Part shown: one piece after another, positions 50,554-60,728 of the stretch
How the letters are laid out: every line of letters starts with the position of its first letter
How positions within the stretch are numbered: position 1 is the first letter of the stretch
Sequence record: MH992122.1
DNA from: Escherichia phage OLB35
Length of the DNA: 64,000 nt
Strand: one strand, 5' to 3'
Made by a program: the position numbers and the translations under genes
The notes under the pieces: model-generated
Database searches by the model: none
Told to the model about the DNA's origin: nothing
What the model saw: only the letters and a program-made list of their open reading frames with translations

Positions 50554-51210
50554 ATGGCCGATTTAAAAGCCGGAAGTACAGTTGGTGGTTCCGTCATATG
50601 GCATCAAGGCAATTTTCCTTTAATGCCAGCTGGCGATGACATCCTATATAAAACATTTAAATTATACACCGAATATAACAAGCCAAAAGCGGCTGATAAC
50701 GATTTCGTATCTAAAGCAAACGGCGGGACATATCTCAAAAAGGTAATCTTTAACGAAGGTGTTGCAGTCAAAACAGCTGATGACCAAACGAATGGTATTT
50801 TTTCTGGTGGTGGTGACGCCGCGACATTCGACCAAACAAACATGGATATTGTTTCATGGTATGGTATTGGGTTTAAATCATCTCAAGGTACCGGTGAAAG
50901 AACTGTTGTAATTGATACTCGCACCGGTAATATAAGTTCTAAAGGCGTTATTGAAGCATCTCAATTCAGAGCCACAACGTTAGCACCTTTAAATAATTAT
51001 GACCTTACTCGCAAAGATTATGTTGATAGTCAAATAAATACAGTTAATGCTAATGCAAACAGTCGTGTACTCCGTTCAGGAGATACTATGACCGGGGCGC
51101 TAACCGCCCCAAACTTTTTCTCACAGAATCCTGCATCTCAACCCTCGCATGTTCCGCGATTTGACCAAATTGTTATTAAGGATTCTGTTCAAGATTTCGG
51201 CTATTATTAA
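50554..51210 (+). CDS. 36: long tail fibre distal connector gp36
   Basis: 218 aa, late promoter TATAAATA upstream. Confidence 0.85.
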   Translation: MADLKAGSTVGGSVIWHQGNFPLMPAGDDILYKTFKLYTEYNKPKAADNDFVSKANGGTYLKKVIFNEGVAVKTADDQTNGIFSGGGDAATFDQTNMDIVSWYGIGFKSSQGTGERTVVIDTRTGNISSKGVIEASQFRATTLAPLNNYDLTRKDYVDSQINTVNANANSRVLRSGDTMTGALTAPNFFSQNPASQPSHVPRFDQIVIKDSVQDFGYY

Positions 51211-51218
51211 GAGGACTT

Positions 51219-54200
51219 ATGGCTACTTTAAAACAAATACAATTTAAAAGAAGCAAAACTGCAGGAGCACGTCCTGCTGCTTCAGTATTAGCCGAAGGTG
51301 AATTGGCTATAAACTTAAAAGACCGTGTACTTTTTACTAAAGATGACCAAGGAAATATTATTGATCTAGGTTTTGCTAAAGGTGGTAGTATTGACGGGAA
51401 TGTTATTCATACTGGCAATTACAACCAAACTGGTGATTATACTTTAAATGGCGTCTTCACACAGACGGGTAATTTTAATTTAACTGGTATTGCTCGAGTA
51501 ACTCGCGATATTATTGCCGCCGGGCAGATTATGACTGAAGGCGGTGAACTTATTACAAAAAGTTCAGGCACAGCACATGTTCGTTTTTTCGATAACAATA
51601 GTCGCGAACGCGGAATCATTTATGCCCCGGCTAATGATGGTTTAACTACACAAGTACTTAATATCAGGGTTCAAGACTACGCCGCTGGTGATGAAAGCAC
51701 CTATGCATTTTCGGGCAGCGGACTATTTACTTCACCTGAAGTATCAGCATGGAAATCTATTTCGTCTCCACAAATTCTGACCAACAAAGTCATTACAAAT
51801 GGGAAGAAGACCGGCGATTATGATATCTATTCATTATCAAATAACGTTCCATTGTCAGAAAGCGAAACGGCTATTAACCACCTCCGTGTCATGCGAAATG
51901 CTGTTGGTTCTGGTATTTTCCACGAAGTTAAAGTTAATGATGGAATAACCTGGTATAGCGGAGATGGATTAGACACTTATCTTTGGTCGTTTACCTGGAG
52001 CGGTGGAATTAAATCCAGTCACTCTATTTCTATCGGTTTACCAGGCGGTAATAAAGATTATTCAATATTAGGACCATCTTCGATTGCTCTTGGCGATAAT
52101 GACACCGGGTTAAAATGGCACCAGGATGGATATTTCCATACAGTAAACAATGGAACAAGAACTTTCATCTACGGCCCTGCAGAAACACAAAGCCTTAGAA
52201 AAATGGTTATGGGTTATTCTCCAGATGGGCTTCTTATGACAACGCCACCGACAGAAAACTATGCTTTGGCTACTGTTGTTACTTACCATGATAATAACGC
52301 ATACGGTGACGGTCAAACTCTTTTAGGATATTATCAAGGCGGTAACTATCATCATTATTTTCGCGGTAAGGGTACTACAAACATTAATACTCACGGCGGT
52401 TTGTTAGTTACTCCAGGTAATATTGATGTTATTGGCGGTTCTGTTAATATAGATGGTAGAAATAATTCTTCTACACTAATGTTTAGAGGCAACACAACAG
52501 GATACAGCTCGGTTGATAATATGGATATTAAAGTTTGGGGTAATACGTTTGTTGATCCAAGCGGAGGTATCCGTAAAAACGTCATGGAAATTTCTGATGC
52601 AACTAGTTGGATGAGCTATATTCAAAGACTTACAACAGGTGAAGTAGAAATGAACGTTAACGGTTCATTTGAATCATCTCGTGTTACTGCTGGAGATAGG
52701 GGAGTTTACACAACAGGCGAAATTTCATCTGGAGCAGTGAATGCGCTTCGTATTTGGAACGCAGATTATGGAGCTATTTTTAGACGTTCAGAAGATAGTC
52801 TTCATATTATTCCAACTGCTTACGGTGAAGGTAAACACGGCGATATCGGTCCACTTCGCCCGTTTAGTATGGCTTTAGATACTGGTAAAGTTACTATTCC
52901 AGATTTACAATCAAAATACAATACGATCACTGCGAACGGCTATATTAAATTTGTTGGCCATGGTGCAGGCGCTGGTGGTTATGATATTCAATATGCTCAA
53001 GCAGCTCCTGTTTTCCAGGAAATCGATGATGATGCTGTAAGCAAATATTATCCTATTGTTAAGCAGAAGTTTTTAAACGGTAAAGCAGTTTGGTCTTTAG
53101 GTACCGAAATTAATTCGGGTACATTCGTTATTCATCATCTGAAAGAAGATGGATCACAAGGCCATACATCTCGTTTTAATCAAGACGGCACAGTTAATTT
53201 CCCTGATAACGTTCTGGTCGGCGGCGGCGAAGCTGCTATTGCTCGTAATGGTAATATTTTCTCGGATATTTGGAAAACGTTTACTTCAGCAGGCGACGTA
53301 ACTAATATTCGCGATGCAATAGCTACTCGTGTTGCTAAAGAAGGCGATACGATGACAGGCGCTCTTTGGATTAATAAAGATGCTGCTGGAATAGTTCTTA
53401 ATCCTCCTTTGGCTAGTGATTCATCATTTATTCGTTCTGATACGGCCGGGGTCAATAATTGGTATATTGGTAAAGGCGGTGCCGACAATGGTCTAGGTTT
53501 TTACAGTTACATTACACAAGGCGGTGTATACATAACAAATACCGGTGAAATATCGCTTTCTCCTCAAGGACAAGGAACATTTAATTTTAATAGAGACCGC
53601 CTTTATATAAATGCTAGTCAATGGATTGCACATAAATCTGGCGCTTGGGGCGACCAATGGGGCTTAGAAGCTCCTGTATTTGTGGATTTTGGTAGCGTTG
53701 GTAATGATAGTTATTATCCTATTATCAAAGGAAAATCTGGTATTACTAATGAAGGTTATGTATCTGGTGTTGATTTCGGTATGCGACGCATTACTAATAC
53801 ATGGGCACAAGGTATTATCCGTGTAGGTAATCAGGAAAACGGTTCCGACCCACAAGCTATCTATGAATTTCACCATAGCGGTACTTTTTACGCACCCGGT
53901 CTGCTTAAATCTAGTCGTGTTTCTGCGGGTGGTGGTGACCCTGCGTGGGGTAGTCCTTGTATTGTATTAGGTGACAACGATACCGGATTTCTTTGGGAAG
54001 CAGATGGTATTTTCAACGCATATGCAAACGGCCAAGGCGTATTCAGTTTTAGAGCTGGTCTCGCACAAACGTTCGGTAACGTATCGTTAAACGTTAACGC
54101 AGGTATGTATGTTCGTGATAACATTGATGTTAACGATGTTTATATCCGTTCTGATATTCGTTGTAAGTCAGAAATTAAGCTTATTAAGAACGCTCAAGAG

Positions 54201-54470
54201 AAATCTAAACTCTTAGGCGGCTATACTTATCTGCTTAAAAACTCTGTTACAGACGAAGTTAAACCGTCTGCAGGTTTGATTGCTCAGGAAGTTCAAGAAG
54301 TATTGCCCGAACTTGTTTCTGAAGATAAAGAGACCGGACTGCTTCGTTTGAACTATAACGGTATTATCGGTTTAAATATTGCTACAATCAACGAGCATAC
54401 TGACGAAATCAAGGAATTGAAATCCGAAATTGCTGAGTTGAAAGCATTAATTAAATCATTGATAAAATAA
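51219..54470 (+). CDS. 37: long tail fibre distal subunit gp37 with C-terminal intramolecular chaperone (peptidase S74-like) domain
   Basis: 1083 aa; C-terminus [29 protein letters not shown]...[16 protein letters not shown]...coiled coil matches the endosialidase/T5 pb1 auto-cleaving chaperone signature. Confidence 0.88.
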   Translation: MATLKQIQFKRSKTAGARPAASVLAEGELAINLKDRVLFTKDDQGNIIDLGFAKGGSIDGNVIHTGNYNQTGDYTLNGVFTQTGNFNLTGIARVTRDIIAAGQIMTEGGELITKSSGTAHVRFFDNNSRERGIIYAPANDGLTTQVLNIRVQDYAAGDESTYAFSGSGLFTSPEVSAWKSISSPQILTNKVITNGKKTGDYDIYSLSNNVPLSESETAINHLRVMRNAVGSGIFHEVKVNDGITWYSGDGLDTYLWSFTWSGGIKSSHSISIGLPGGNKDYSILGPSSIALGDNDTGLKWHQDGYFHTVNNGTRTFIYGPAETQSLRKMVMGYSPDGLLMTTPPTENYALATVVTYHDNNAYGDGQTLLGYYQGGNYHHYFRGKGTTNINTHGGLLVTPGNIDVIGGSVNIDGRNNSSTLMFRGNTTGYSSVDNMDIKVWGNTFVDPSGGIRKNVMEISDATSWMSYIQRLTTGEVEMNVNGSFESSRVTAGDRGVYTTGEISSGAVNALRIWNADYGAIFRRSEDSLHIIPTAYGEGKHGDIGPLRPFSMALDTGKVTIPDLQSKYNTITANGYIKFVGHGAGAGGYDIQYAQAAPVFQEIDDDAVSKYYPIVKQKFLNGKAVWSLGTEINSGTFVIHHLKEDGSQGHTSRFNQDGTVNFPDNVLVGGGEAAIARNGNIFSDIWKTFTSAGDVTNIRDAIATRVAKEGDTMTGALWINKDAAGIVLNPPLASDSSFIRSDTAGVNNWYIGKGGADNGLGFYSYITQGGVYITNTGEISLSPQGQGTFNFNRDRLYINASQWIAHKSGAWGDQWGLEAPVFVDFGSVGNDSYYPIIKGKSGITNEGYVSGVDFGMRRITNTWAQGIIRVGNQENGSDPQAIYEFHHSGTFYAPGLLKSSRVSAGGGDPAWGSPCIVLGDNDTGFLWEADGIFNAYANGQGVFSFRAGLAQTFGNVSLNVNAGMYVRDNIDVNDVYIRSDIRCKSEIKLIKNAQEKSKLLGGYTYLLKNSVTDEVKPSAGLIAQEVQEVLPELVSEDKETGLLRLNYNGIIGLNIATINEHTDEIKELKSEIAELKALIKSLIK

Positions 54471-54475
54471 TAAAA

Positions 54476-54490
54476 GGGCCTTCGGGGCCC
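54476..54490 (+). terminator. GC hairpin GGGCC-UUCG-GGCCC between gene 37 and gene 38
   Basis: Between the 37 stop and the 38 RBS GGAGG; no long T-run, so probably a partial terminator or RNA stabiliser. Confidence 0.5.
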
Positions 54491-54501
54491 TGGAGGTTTA
54501 T

Positions 54502-55281
54502 ATGGCAGTAGTAGGAATTCCTGGTTGGATTGGGACTTCAGCCGTCGCTGAAACAGGCCAACGTTGGATGACAGCAGCTTCTAGAGAATTGCGTCTTGGT
54601 AACCCGTCTTGGATGTCACAATTTGCTGGTAGGTCCCGTGAGATTATTCATACGCTTGGAGCTGACCATAACTTTAATGGTCAATGGTTCCGAGATAGAT
54701 GTTTTGAGGCGGGTAGTGCGCCTATAGTGTTTAATATCACCGGAAATTTGGTATCATATTCTAAAGACGTTCCTTTATTCTTCATGTATGGTGATACACC
54801 AAATGAATATGTTACTTTGAATATTCATGGTGGAGTTCATATGTGGGGACGAGGTGGTAACGGTACTGTAAACGGAAACCCAGGCACAAATGGCGGCGAT
54901 GTAATCCAAAATGATATCGGCGGAAGACTTCGTATTTGGAACTATGGCGTTATTGCATCAGGCGGGGGCGGCGGTGGTGCAGTGTCATTACAGAATAGCT
55001 GGGCGCCAAATGCTACAGCAGGTGGCGGTGGTGGTAGACCATTTGGCATCGGTGGCGGTGGCGTTAATTGGCCGGGTGGTAATGCTAGTTATGACTCCCC
55101 GGGCGGTGCCGGTTACACTTCCCAATTCGGCGGAGGCAATGGCGGCGATGCCGGTGGATGGGGCGGAGATGGATGGGGTAATCACTTATCTAGATCTGGC
55201 GGTGGTGCTCCTGGCAGAGCAGTATTCGGAAGTTCACCTTCATGGGGTGCTACAGGCACAATCTACGGCTCCTGGATTTAA
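54502..55281 (+). CDS. 38: T2-type gp38 receptor-binding adhesin with glycine-rich motifs
   Basis: 259 aa; conserved N-terminal gp37-attachment domain followed by poly-Gly tracts separated by short variable segments. Confidence 0.85.
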   Translation: MAVVGIPGWIGTSAVAETGQRWMTAASRELRLGNPSWMSQFAGRSREIIHTLGADHNFNGQWFRDRCFEAGSAPIVFNITGNLVSYSKDVPLFFMYGDTPNEYVTLNIHGGVHMWGRGGNGTVNGNPGTNGGDVIQNDIGGRLRIWNYGVIASGGGGGGAVSLQNSWAPNATAGGGGGRPFGIGGGGVNWPGGNASYDSPGGAGYTSQFGGGNGGDAGGWGGDGWGNHLSRSGGGAPGRAVFGSSPSWGATGTIYGSWI

Positions 55282-55287
55282 ACGATA

Positions 55288-55295
55288 ATACCTCT
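55288..55295 (+). promoter_or_regulatory. late promoter TATAAATA for holin t
   Basis: Exact TATAAATA 19 nt upstream of the t ATG. Confidence 0.7.
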
Positions 55296-55314
55296 CAATT
55301 ATAAATATTGATAA

Positions 55315-55986
55315 ATGGGAGGTAATATGGCAGCACCAAAAGTATCATTTTCGCTTAGTGATATTTTATTTGGGTTGCTAGACCGCATTTTCAAAGATAA
55401 CGCCTCTGGAAATATTCTTATTTCCAGAGTTGCTGTTGTAGTTCTTTTGTTCCTAATGGCACTAATATGGTACAAAGGGAATATTTTTATGGATTATTAC
55501 GTGAGGTCTAAATATGATACTTACACAGAAGTAATTCAAAAAGAAAGAAATACACGATTTGAATCTGCGGCTTTAGAACAACTACAAATAGTCCACGTCA
55601 CATCAAGGGCGGATTTTAGTTCGGTGTATTCTTTCAGACCTAAAAATCTAAATTATTTCGTCGACCTTATTGCGTATGAAGGTAAGTTACCTAGCACAGT
55701 AACTGAAAAATCTATGGGAGGATTTCCTGTCGATAAAACGACAGCAGAATATTCAGTCCATTTAAGTGGACTTCACTTTACTTCTAAAACAGATTTTGCT
55801 TTCTTACCTACCAAATCAAAAACTCCGGAACTGGCATATATGTATAGTTGTCCTTACTTCAATTTGGATAACATATACGCTGGAACTGTTTCTATGTATT
55901 GGTATAAGGGGTCGGATGTGTTAAATGAAGAACGCTTGGCCGCAATATGCAACCAAGCTGCAAGGATATTAGGGCGGGCTAAATAA
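55315..55986 (+). CDS. t: holin T
   Basis: 223 aa; near-identical to remembered T4 holin (MAAPxxSFSxSDILFGxLDRxFKDNA..); single TMD; late promoter upstream. Confidence 0.95.
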   Translation: MGGNMAAPKVSFSLSDILFGLLDRIFKDNASGNILISRVAVVVLLFLMALIWYKGNIFMDYYVRSKYDTYTEVIQKERNTRFESAALEQLQIVHVTSRADFSSVYSFRPKNLNYFVDLIAYEGKLPSTVTEKSMGGFPVDKTTAEYSVHLSGLHFTSKTDFAFLPTKSKTPELAYMYSCPYFNLDNIYAGTVSMYWYKGSDVLNEERLAAICNQAARILGRAK

Positions 55987-56259
55987 TTAGTTGTTAGAAT
56001 ACATCGTCAAATGGCGATAAATATTTTCAAAACCTTCATTGAATTCACTAATCAGTGTTTTCTTTTCTTCGGCAGTTAAATTTGTAATTAGTTTTCTGAA
56101 CGAATTCTGATTTAGCTGCCGACCATCTTTTTTAATTCCAATCTCATTCAAGAATCCGATAAAATTTGCTCGGTCTTCAACAATATCTTCCCTAGAGAAT
56201 TTAATCAAAATAGAAGCAACAGTAATAATTTCACGTACAATTTCAATATCTTTATTCAT
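55987..56259 (-). CDS. asiA: anti-sigma70 factor AsiA
   Basis: 90 aa; near-identical to remembered T4 AsiA (MNKxIxxVREIITVASILIKFSREDIVE.RANFI.FLNEIG). Confidence 0.95.
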   Translation of the reverse strand: MNKDIEIVREIITVASILIKFSREDIVEDRANFIGFLNEIGIKKDGRQLNQNSFRKLITNLTAEEKKTLISEFNEGFENIYRHLTMYSNN

Positions 56260-56293
56260 AACGTTTTATTCATTCCACTTAATTGTTAGGAGT

Positions 56294-56323
56294 ATAGTAC
56301 CATTATCAGTGTTGATTGTAAAC
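56294..56323 (-). promoter_or_regulatory. T4-type early promoter for asiA
   Basis: Reverse strand GTTTACA, 18 nt, TACTAT, about 35 nt upstream of the asiA ATG. Confidence 0.55.
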
Positions 56324-56467
56324 AGCTTTTTCTACGCTTTTAACATAATCAATGTAGTCTTCCTGTTCATACGAGTGTAAGGCTAAGAACGAGGCCAATA
56401 GTTCATTATAGATTAAAGCCTCACGCTCACGTTCGGCCTCTACTACGTTCTGAAGATTATGACTCAT
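56306..56467 (-). CDS. hypothetical small protein
   Basis: Short ORF from internal start (MSHNLQ..) between the arn-like ORF and the asiA promoter; weak. Confidence 0.3.
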   Translation of the reverse strand: MSHNLQNVVEAEREREALIYNELLASFLALHSYEQEDYIDYVKSVEKAVYNQH

Positions 56468-56759
56468 ATTGTTCCTTATAACTATCAATGTAGTCCTGTA
56501 TGTCAAAGAACGACATTTCATATTCTAGGACATTAAGAGCCCGTTCTTCAGTATAGTCAGAACCAAATACGATAGTGATTTCACCAGGCTTCATGTGATT
56601 GAAATCAACGCTAAAAGGAATACGAGAACATACTTCATCTGCCATATCGACGATAACACTACGATATACTTCTCGGTTAACCTGATAAAGCTCTGCAAGT
56701 TCTTCACATCGAATAACAAGTTCAGTGGCAGGATTTTCTTTGATTTTAGTAAACATAGT
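56457..56759 (-). CDS. acidic protein, possible Arn (anti-restriction) homologue by position
   Basis: About 100 aa from internal start MFTKIKENPATEL..; acidic; sits next to asiA as arn does in T4; sequence identity not verified. Confidence 0.4.
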   Translation of the reverse strand, partial: TMFTKIKENPATELVIRCEELAELYQVNREVYRSVIVDMADEVCSRIPFSVDFNHMKPGEITIVFGSDYTEERALNVLEYEMSFFDIQDYIDSYKEQYES

Positions 56760-56839
56760 CTTTACCCTTATGTTTTTGTTTACGCTTAGATTGAAGTTCT
56801 GATTTCTTCTTGTCCTTATGGACAGAAGCCTTATTGAAA

Positions 56840-57058
56840 TCATGTTTTGCTACAAGATTGTTCATAATGATTTATAACCTCATTTAAACATTTATCGGTA
56901 AAAGAAAACTTTTTAGCCACAGAACATTCGATAATGTGCTCTTTCAAATCTTTAGAGTCAGTATAACCCATCTCAGTAATAAAGTGGCGAATTAAAGCTT
57001 TATTCTTATCATTAACAGAATTAAAATAATCTGCTTTAGAATCAATTATTCTCATCAT
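56840..57058 (-). CDS. hypothetical protein
   Basis: 72 aa ORF in the asiA to motA block. Confidence 0.4.
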   Translation of the reverse strand: MMRIIDSKADYFNSVNDKNKALIRHFITEMGYTDSKDLKEHIIECSVAKKFSFTDKCLNEVINHYEQSCSKT

Positions 57059-57323
57059 CTAATTTCCTTAATTGATATTGCAACGAGCTAATAATTTCTT
57101 CGTTCATTTTAATATACATGTCACGCAAGAAAGGTTTTAACCCATCACGAATAATTGCTAACGTATCACCTTTACATAAATTAACCAAATAAGGATGATC
57201 TAAAGCGTCCCAACCAGGCTGATTAGCATACATGCCATAGTTTTCTTCCATCATATGATTAAGACGTTTGATATCTTGGATACGTGATTCAATAGCATCT
57301 TTCTGGAGTTGTTTAATATTCAT
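57042..57323 (-). CDS. hypothetical protein
   Basis: 93 aa ORF. Confidence 0.4.
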   Translation of the reverse strand: MNIKQLQKDAIESRIQDIKRLNHMMEENYGMYANQPGWDALDHPYLVNLCKGDTLAIIRDGLKPFLRDMYIKMNEEIISSLQYQLRKLDDENN

Positions 57324-57784
57324 TAATAAAGGTCCTCTGAATAAAGTTCTTTCTCACTTCCACCACGTTCAATACGTACCTGTCCAGCATACGTTGCAAT
57401 AATCATTGCTTCTTCACGCGTCCAGTAATTAGAGTATTGGTCAATAAAGCCTTGGTCGTCACCACAAACTTGTTGCGAGACTAATTGAGGACCAACTATA
57501 TCAAGTACTTCAGCCATATCTTTAGAGTAATGATGAACTCCAGGAATAACCAGAGTTCCACCGCTCTTCAATTTAAACCTATTAGCTGCACATACTATAA
57601 CACGTTGAACTTTTTGGTCATTGTTCCAATAGCACGTTTGCCAACAGATTTCAGGAACTTCATTCATTATATCATCAGCAGAATAATTATAACCGTAGGA
57701 CTGGAATTTTTCTGCTAGACTTTCAGGAGTCTCACGAGACAAGGCTAAATCTAATAGCTCTAAGCGTTCTTTAAATGATTTCAT
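57323..57784 (-). CDS. hypothetical protein
   Basis: 153 aa ORF; conserved-looking blocks ([17 protein letters not shown]) but no family assigned. Confidence 0.45.
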   Translation of the reverse strand: MKSFKERLELLDLALSRETPESLAEKFQSYGYNYSADDIMNEVPEICWQTCYWNNDQKVQRVIVCAANRFKLKSGGTLVIPGVHHYSKDMAEVLDIVGPQLVSQQVCGDDQGFIDQYSNYWTREEAMIIATYAGQVRIERGGSEKELYSEDLY

Positions 57785-58110
57785 TTAAACCATTCCTTAA
57801 TACGTTGCCAAATAGATTTTTGTGCTTGTTTATTTACACCAATCGAACGAATAACCGGTTGTGACTGCTGATATTCTTTATAATCTTCTTTATAGATTTC
57901 GTAAGCTGCATCAACAAATGAACTGATCGCTGCCATGTAGTTTTTACGAAGGCCAAATGGCGCGTCATTATTTTCACGAATAACCGTATATTGGCCTGCT
58001 TTAATCTTTACAATTGTCCCTAAATAAGCTCCATGGTACCAAATATCCCATCCTTCCTGAGTAGGTTCTGCACATTTACGAAGTTCGTTAATAATATTCA
58101 GCTTATTCAT
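57781..58110 (-). CDS. hypothetical protein (motA.1-like by position)
   Basis: 109 aa ORF downstream of motA. Confidence 0.45.
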   Translation of the reverse strand: MNKLNIINELRKCAEPTQEGWDIWYHGAYLGTIVKIKAGQYTVIRENNDAPFGLRKNYMAAISSFVDAAYEIYKEDYKEYQQSQPVIRSIGVNKQAQKSIWQRIKEWFK

Positions 58111-58120
58111 TATGTATTCC

Positions 58121-58753
58121 TCACAGTACGTTAGTTACAAGGGTAATGATTTCTTTGGACACATTAGGGAAGTCAATGTAAGTATATTTACCACCGATTT
58201 TAATCTTAACATCATTTTCAAGAGAAGTAAACAGCTTTGATTCAGTTTCTGACATGTTGTATGCAAAGATTCTAAGAGCGCCATCTCGTCGAATTTCAAT
58301 TTGGCGAATGCCTAGAACTCGTTTAGCGAATCGAACTTCTAAGTTACTACGGTTTTCACCAATTTCTTTAACTTCAACTTTATCTTTAATATTTTCAAAA
58401 ACAAAGTTTGCTAGTTCATGCATTTCAGGAGTAACTCCACGTGCTTTTCTGGTGTTACGTTTCTGAAGAAGTTCTGGAGCATTTTCTTGAGCAAATAGGT
58501 CTGCAGCTTTTTGGATAATATCCATTGCTTCGCCTGTTGCTACAAGTCCATCACCGGATTTTTCGACTAAACCTTTCTTAATCAATACACCAATGTTAGA
58601 GTTAACAACTGATGCATTGTATTCCGCTTCCAGAGCTTCACGGACATTGGCAGCAGTGGTGAAGTTGTTCTTAATGATATAAACCATTATTGCAGCGGTT
58701 TTTTCATTCAGAGCGTTTTCAGAAGCTTTGATGATGTAAGTAACTTTAGACAT
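58121..58753 (-). CDS. motA: middle transcription activator MotA
   Basis: 211 aa from internal start MSKVTYIIKAS..; strong identity to remembered T4 MotA; early promoter directly upstream. Confidence 0.9.
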   Translation of the reverse strand: MSKVTYIIKASENALNEKTAAIMVYIIKNNFTTAANVREALEAEYNASVVNSNIGVLIKKGLVEKSGDGLVATGEAMDIIQKAADLFAQENAPELLQKRNTRKARGVTPEMHELANFVFENIKDKVEVKEIGENRSNLEVRFAKRVLGIRQIEIRRDGALRIFAYNMSETESKLFTSLENDVKIKIGGKYTYIDFPNVSKEIITLVTNVL

Positions 58754-58820
58754 TTTATTTCTCCAATTTAGTATTTGTTTTGATAGGTCTATAATATCAT
58801 GTTTGAAGCACATGTAAACT
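58745..58820 (-). repeat. direct repeat copy 1: promoter + 5' UTR + first three codons cassette
   Basis: About 76 bp near-identical to 59064..59141. Confidence 0.7.
58790..58819 (-). promoter_or_regulatory. early promoter for motA (copy 1 of duplicated cassette), with embedded TGCTTCA MotA-box-like motif
   Basis: Reverse strand GTTTACA tgTGCTTCAaacatgat ATTATA; 37 nt upstream of motA ATG. Confidence 0.55.
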
Positions 58821-58827
58821 TTATTTT

Positions 58828-58847
58828 GGGCTCTTTTTCAAAAGCCC
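58828..58847 (-). terminator. hairpin GGGCU..AGCCC after the 71 aa ORF
   Basis: 5 bp stem with 10 nt loop, A/T-rich flanks, precedes the motA promoter. Confidence 0.45.
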
Positions 58848-58856
58848 TGGTAAAAT

Positions 58857-59072
58857 TTACAAACTCATTTCTTTAATAAGGCTAATAAGTTTTGCCTTTT
58901 TAGAACGAAGCTTTTCTAAATGATGTCCATTTGAACCGCGAACCACTAAAGAATTGATTTCAACTTCTAAGAAATTTAATTCTTCAACAAGTGCTTTACG
59001 GAGAGCATTCATACCAGGTTTAACTTTACCGAAACGAGTAGTTGTGTTTTGGGTTAATTTCATTTTAGACAT
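58857..59072 (-). CDS. hypothetical protein flanked by duplicated promoter cassettes
   Basis: 71 aa basic ORF; shares its first three codons (MSK), 5' UTR and promoter with motA. Confidence 0.5.
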   Translation of the reverse strand: MSKMKLTQNTTTRFGKVKPGMNALRKALVEELNFLEVEINSLVVRGSNGHHLEKLRSKKAKLISLIKEMSL

Positions 59073-59141
59073 TTTATTTCTCCAATTTGGTTGTTTTGTT
59101 TTGATAGGTCTATAATATCATGTTTGAAGCACATGTAAACT
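59064..59141 (-). repeat. direct repeat copy 2: promoter + 5' UTR + first three codons cassette
   Basis: Differs from copy 1 by a ~5 nt insertion and two substitutions. Confidence 0.7.
59111..59140 (-). promoter_or_regulatory. early promoter (copy 2 of duplicated cassette) for the 71 aa ORF
   Basis: Identical -35 / spacer / -10 to copy 1. Confidence 0.55.
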
Positions 59142-59167
59142 GTTTTGTGAGAAAAAAATGCACAAAA

Positions 59168-59181
59168 GGGAGCCGGCTCCC
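59168..59181 (-). terminator. palindrome GGGAGCCGGCTCCC after gene 52
   Basis: Perfect 14 nt palindrome with T-run on the transcribed strand, precedes promoter copy 2. Confidence 0.55.
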
Positions 59182-59257
59182 TAATCATGTTTGTCTAACC
59201 AATACAGCCAAATCACTAGTGCAGCTATTGCACCGAGAAATCCTAAGGCTAGGGCAC

Positions 59258-60583
59258 TCAAAGTGCCTCCAAGTCTTTAGTGTACTCTGTCACAACATCA
59301 GTAGACTTCCAATACTCATTTTCTTCTTTCTTAGCTTTAGCTTCTTCTGCCAGTTTACGTGCTTCGTCAGAAGTGATATGGAAGATGTTAAGACCTACCA
59401 GTTTATCGACATGTTCTTTATACATTTCGATTTGTGCTAGCTCTTCAGTCAAAGCTTTACGAGTCTTGCCTTGAATCACAATTTCGCCACTGATAACTTT
59501 TTTGATGAAGTGTGCCTTAGCAAAAGCCAGTTTAAATGCTTTTTCAGATTCAAGGATTTTGTTGTCAATACGTTTCTGAACGTAAGTCTTACGGACTTCA
59601 ACAAAATCTTTGATTAAGTCCACTACGTTATCGTAGACCGCTAATTTACCCTTTTCATTAATCACTGTGATGTTTTGTGAACGACGTTCGATGAGACTAA
59701 AATCTTTCATGATTTTTTCATGACGTAGCTCTTCGTCATCTGGAAGCGAGTACTCTTTACGGAACTTCACCTTAAACCCAAAGCCGTGTTCACCACAATC
59801 ATCTTCCCATGAGATTAGACCTTTGTCTTCCAACGGGTCAAGAACCTTACTCACATACGTTTCACGGTCGAATTTATATGGGATTTCAGTTATCTGCATT
59901 TGAGTACGAGATGTGAACTTGTACGTTCCGTGAATCTCATAACGCCCATCAACTTCATGCACTTCACCACGGAATTCTGGAAATTCAACTTTTGGCTTAG
60001 TGACATTTTTACCTTGAAGAGCTTGTAATACAGCCTTTTTGACCGATTTAAAACTATGAGGCAGAATATTTGTTGCGTAACCGGTTGCAATACCAGAGAC
60101 ACCGTTCAAAAGAACTGTCGGAATAATAGGAAGATAGAATTTTGGTGGAAGGTGTTCTTTATCTTCATGTGCTGGAGCATATTCAGTATCTTTATATACG
60201 TTATAGAAATTTTTGCTTACACGAGCAAAAATATAACGAGATGCTGCAGCTTTTTGGACTGTTCTAGAACCAAAGTTGCCTTGGCCGTCTAACAGTGGAT
60301 AGTTGTTATTCCACGTATTAGCCATCAATGCACCTGCATCTTGTGCAGAAGATTCGCCATGATGATAACCTAAATCTGCAACACCTCCTGCAATTGACGC
60401 AAGTTTATGAAATTTTTCTTTATTACCACGAGCCAAATCTAATGCCCGATGAACAACAAAACGTTGAACCGGCTTAAATCCATCAATCATGTTTGGGATT
60501 GCACGGTTTTCAACGGTGTACATCGCATATACTAAGGCTTCGTTATCAATAATACTTTTTAGATTACGAGAATTCAATTGCAT
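59258..60583 (-). CDS. 52: DNA topoisomerase II medium subunit gp52
   Basis: 441 aa; long identity to remembered T4 gp52 (MQLN.R.LKSIIDNEAL.YAMYTVENRAIPNMIDGFKPVQRFV). Confidence 0.95.
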   Translation of the reverse strand: MQLNSRNLKSIIDNEALVYAMYTVENRAIPNMIDGFKPVQRFVVHRALDLARGNKEKFHKLASIAGGVADLGYHHGESSAQDAGALMANTWNNNYPLLDGQGNFGSRTVQKAAASRYIFARVSKNFYNVYKDTEYAPAHEDKEHLPPKFYLPIIPTVLLNGVSGIATGYATNILPHSFKSVKKAVLQALQGKNVTKPKVEFPEFRGEVHEVDGRYEIHGTYKFTSRTQMQITEIPYKFDRETYVSKVLDPLEDKGLISWEDDCGEHGFGFKVKFRKEYSLPDDEELRHEKIMKDFSLIERRSQNITVINEKGKLAVYDNVVDLIKDFVEVRKTYVQKRIDNKILESEKAFKLAFAKAHFIKKVISGEIVIQGKTRKALTEELAQIEMYKEHVDKLVGLNIFHITSDEARKLAEEAKAKKEENEYWKSTDVVTEYTKDLEAL

Positions 60584-60587
60584 ATTT

Positions 60588-60728
60588 TCACCATATTAAT
60601 GAATGAATATCCATTATAACATCTGAAATGAAAAGCACTACTTGGATTAGTCCAAACATCACACCGTAGTACAGAACCGTAAGCAACAACAAGAGCCCTA
60701 AGGCTCCTGCTAAGATTTTCTTAATCAT
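60588..60728 (-). CDS. small hydrophobic membrane peptide, 46 aa (MIKKILAGALGLLLLLTVLYYGVMFG...)
   Basis: Below track threshold; hand-translated; stop 5 nt before gene 52 ATG; T4 has ac/52.1 small genes here. Confidence 0.45.
   Translation of the reverse strand: MIKKILAGALGLLLLLTVLYYGVMFGLIQVVLFISDVIMDIHSLIW

Noticed and set aside
54960-55200. GGCGGTGG-rich simple-sequence region
   Set aside because: Codes the polyglycine motifs of the gp38 adhesin; not a non-coding microsatellite
58754-58813. N-terminal extension of motA in the track ORF (230 aa)
   Set aside because: The extension overlaps the early promoter and 5' UTR; T4-like MotA starts at the internal MSKVTYII
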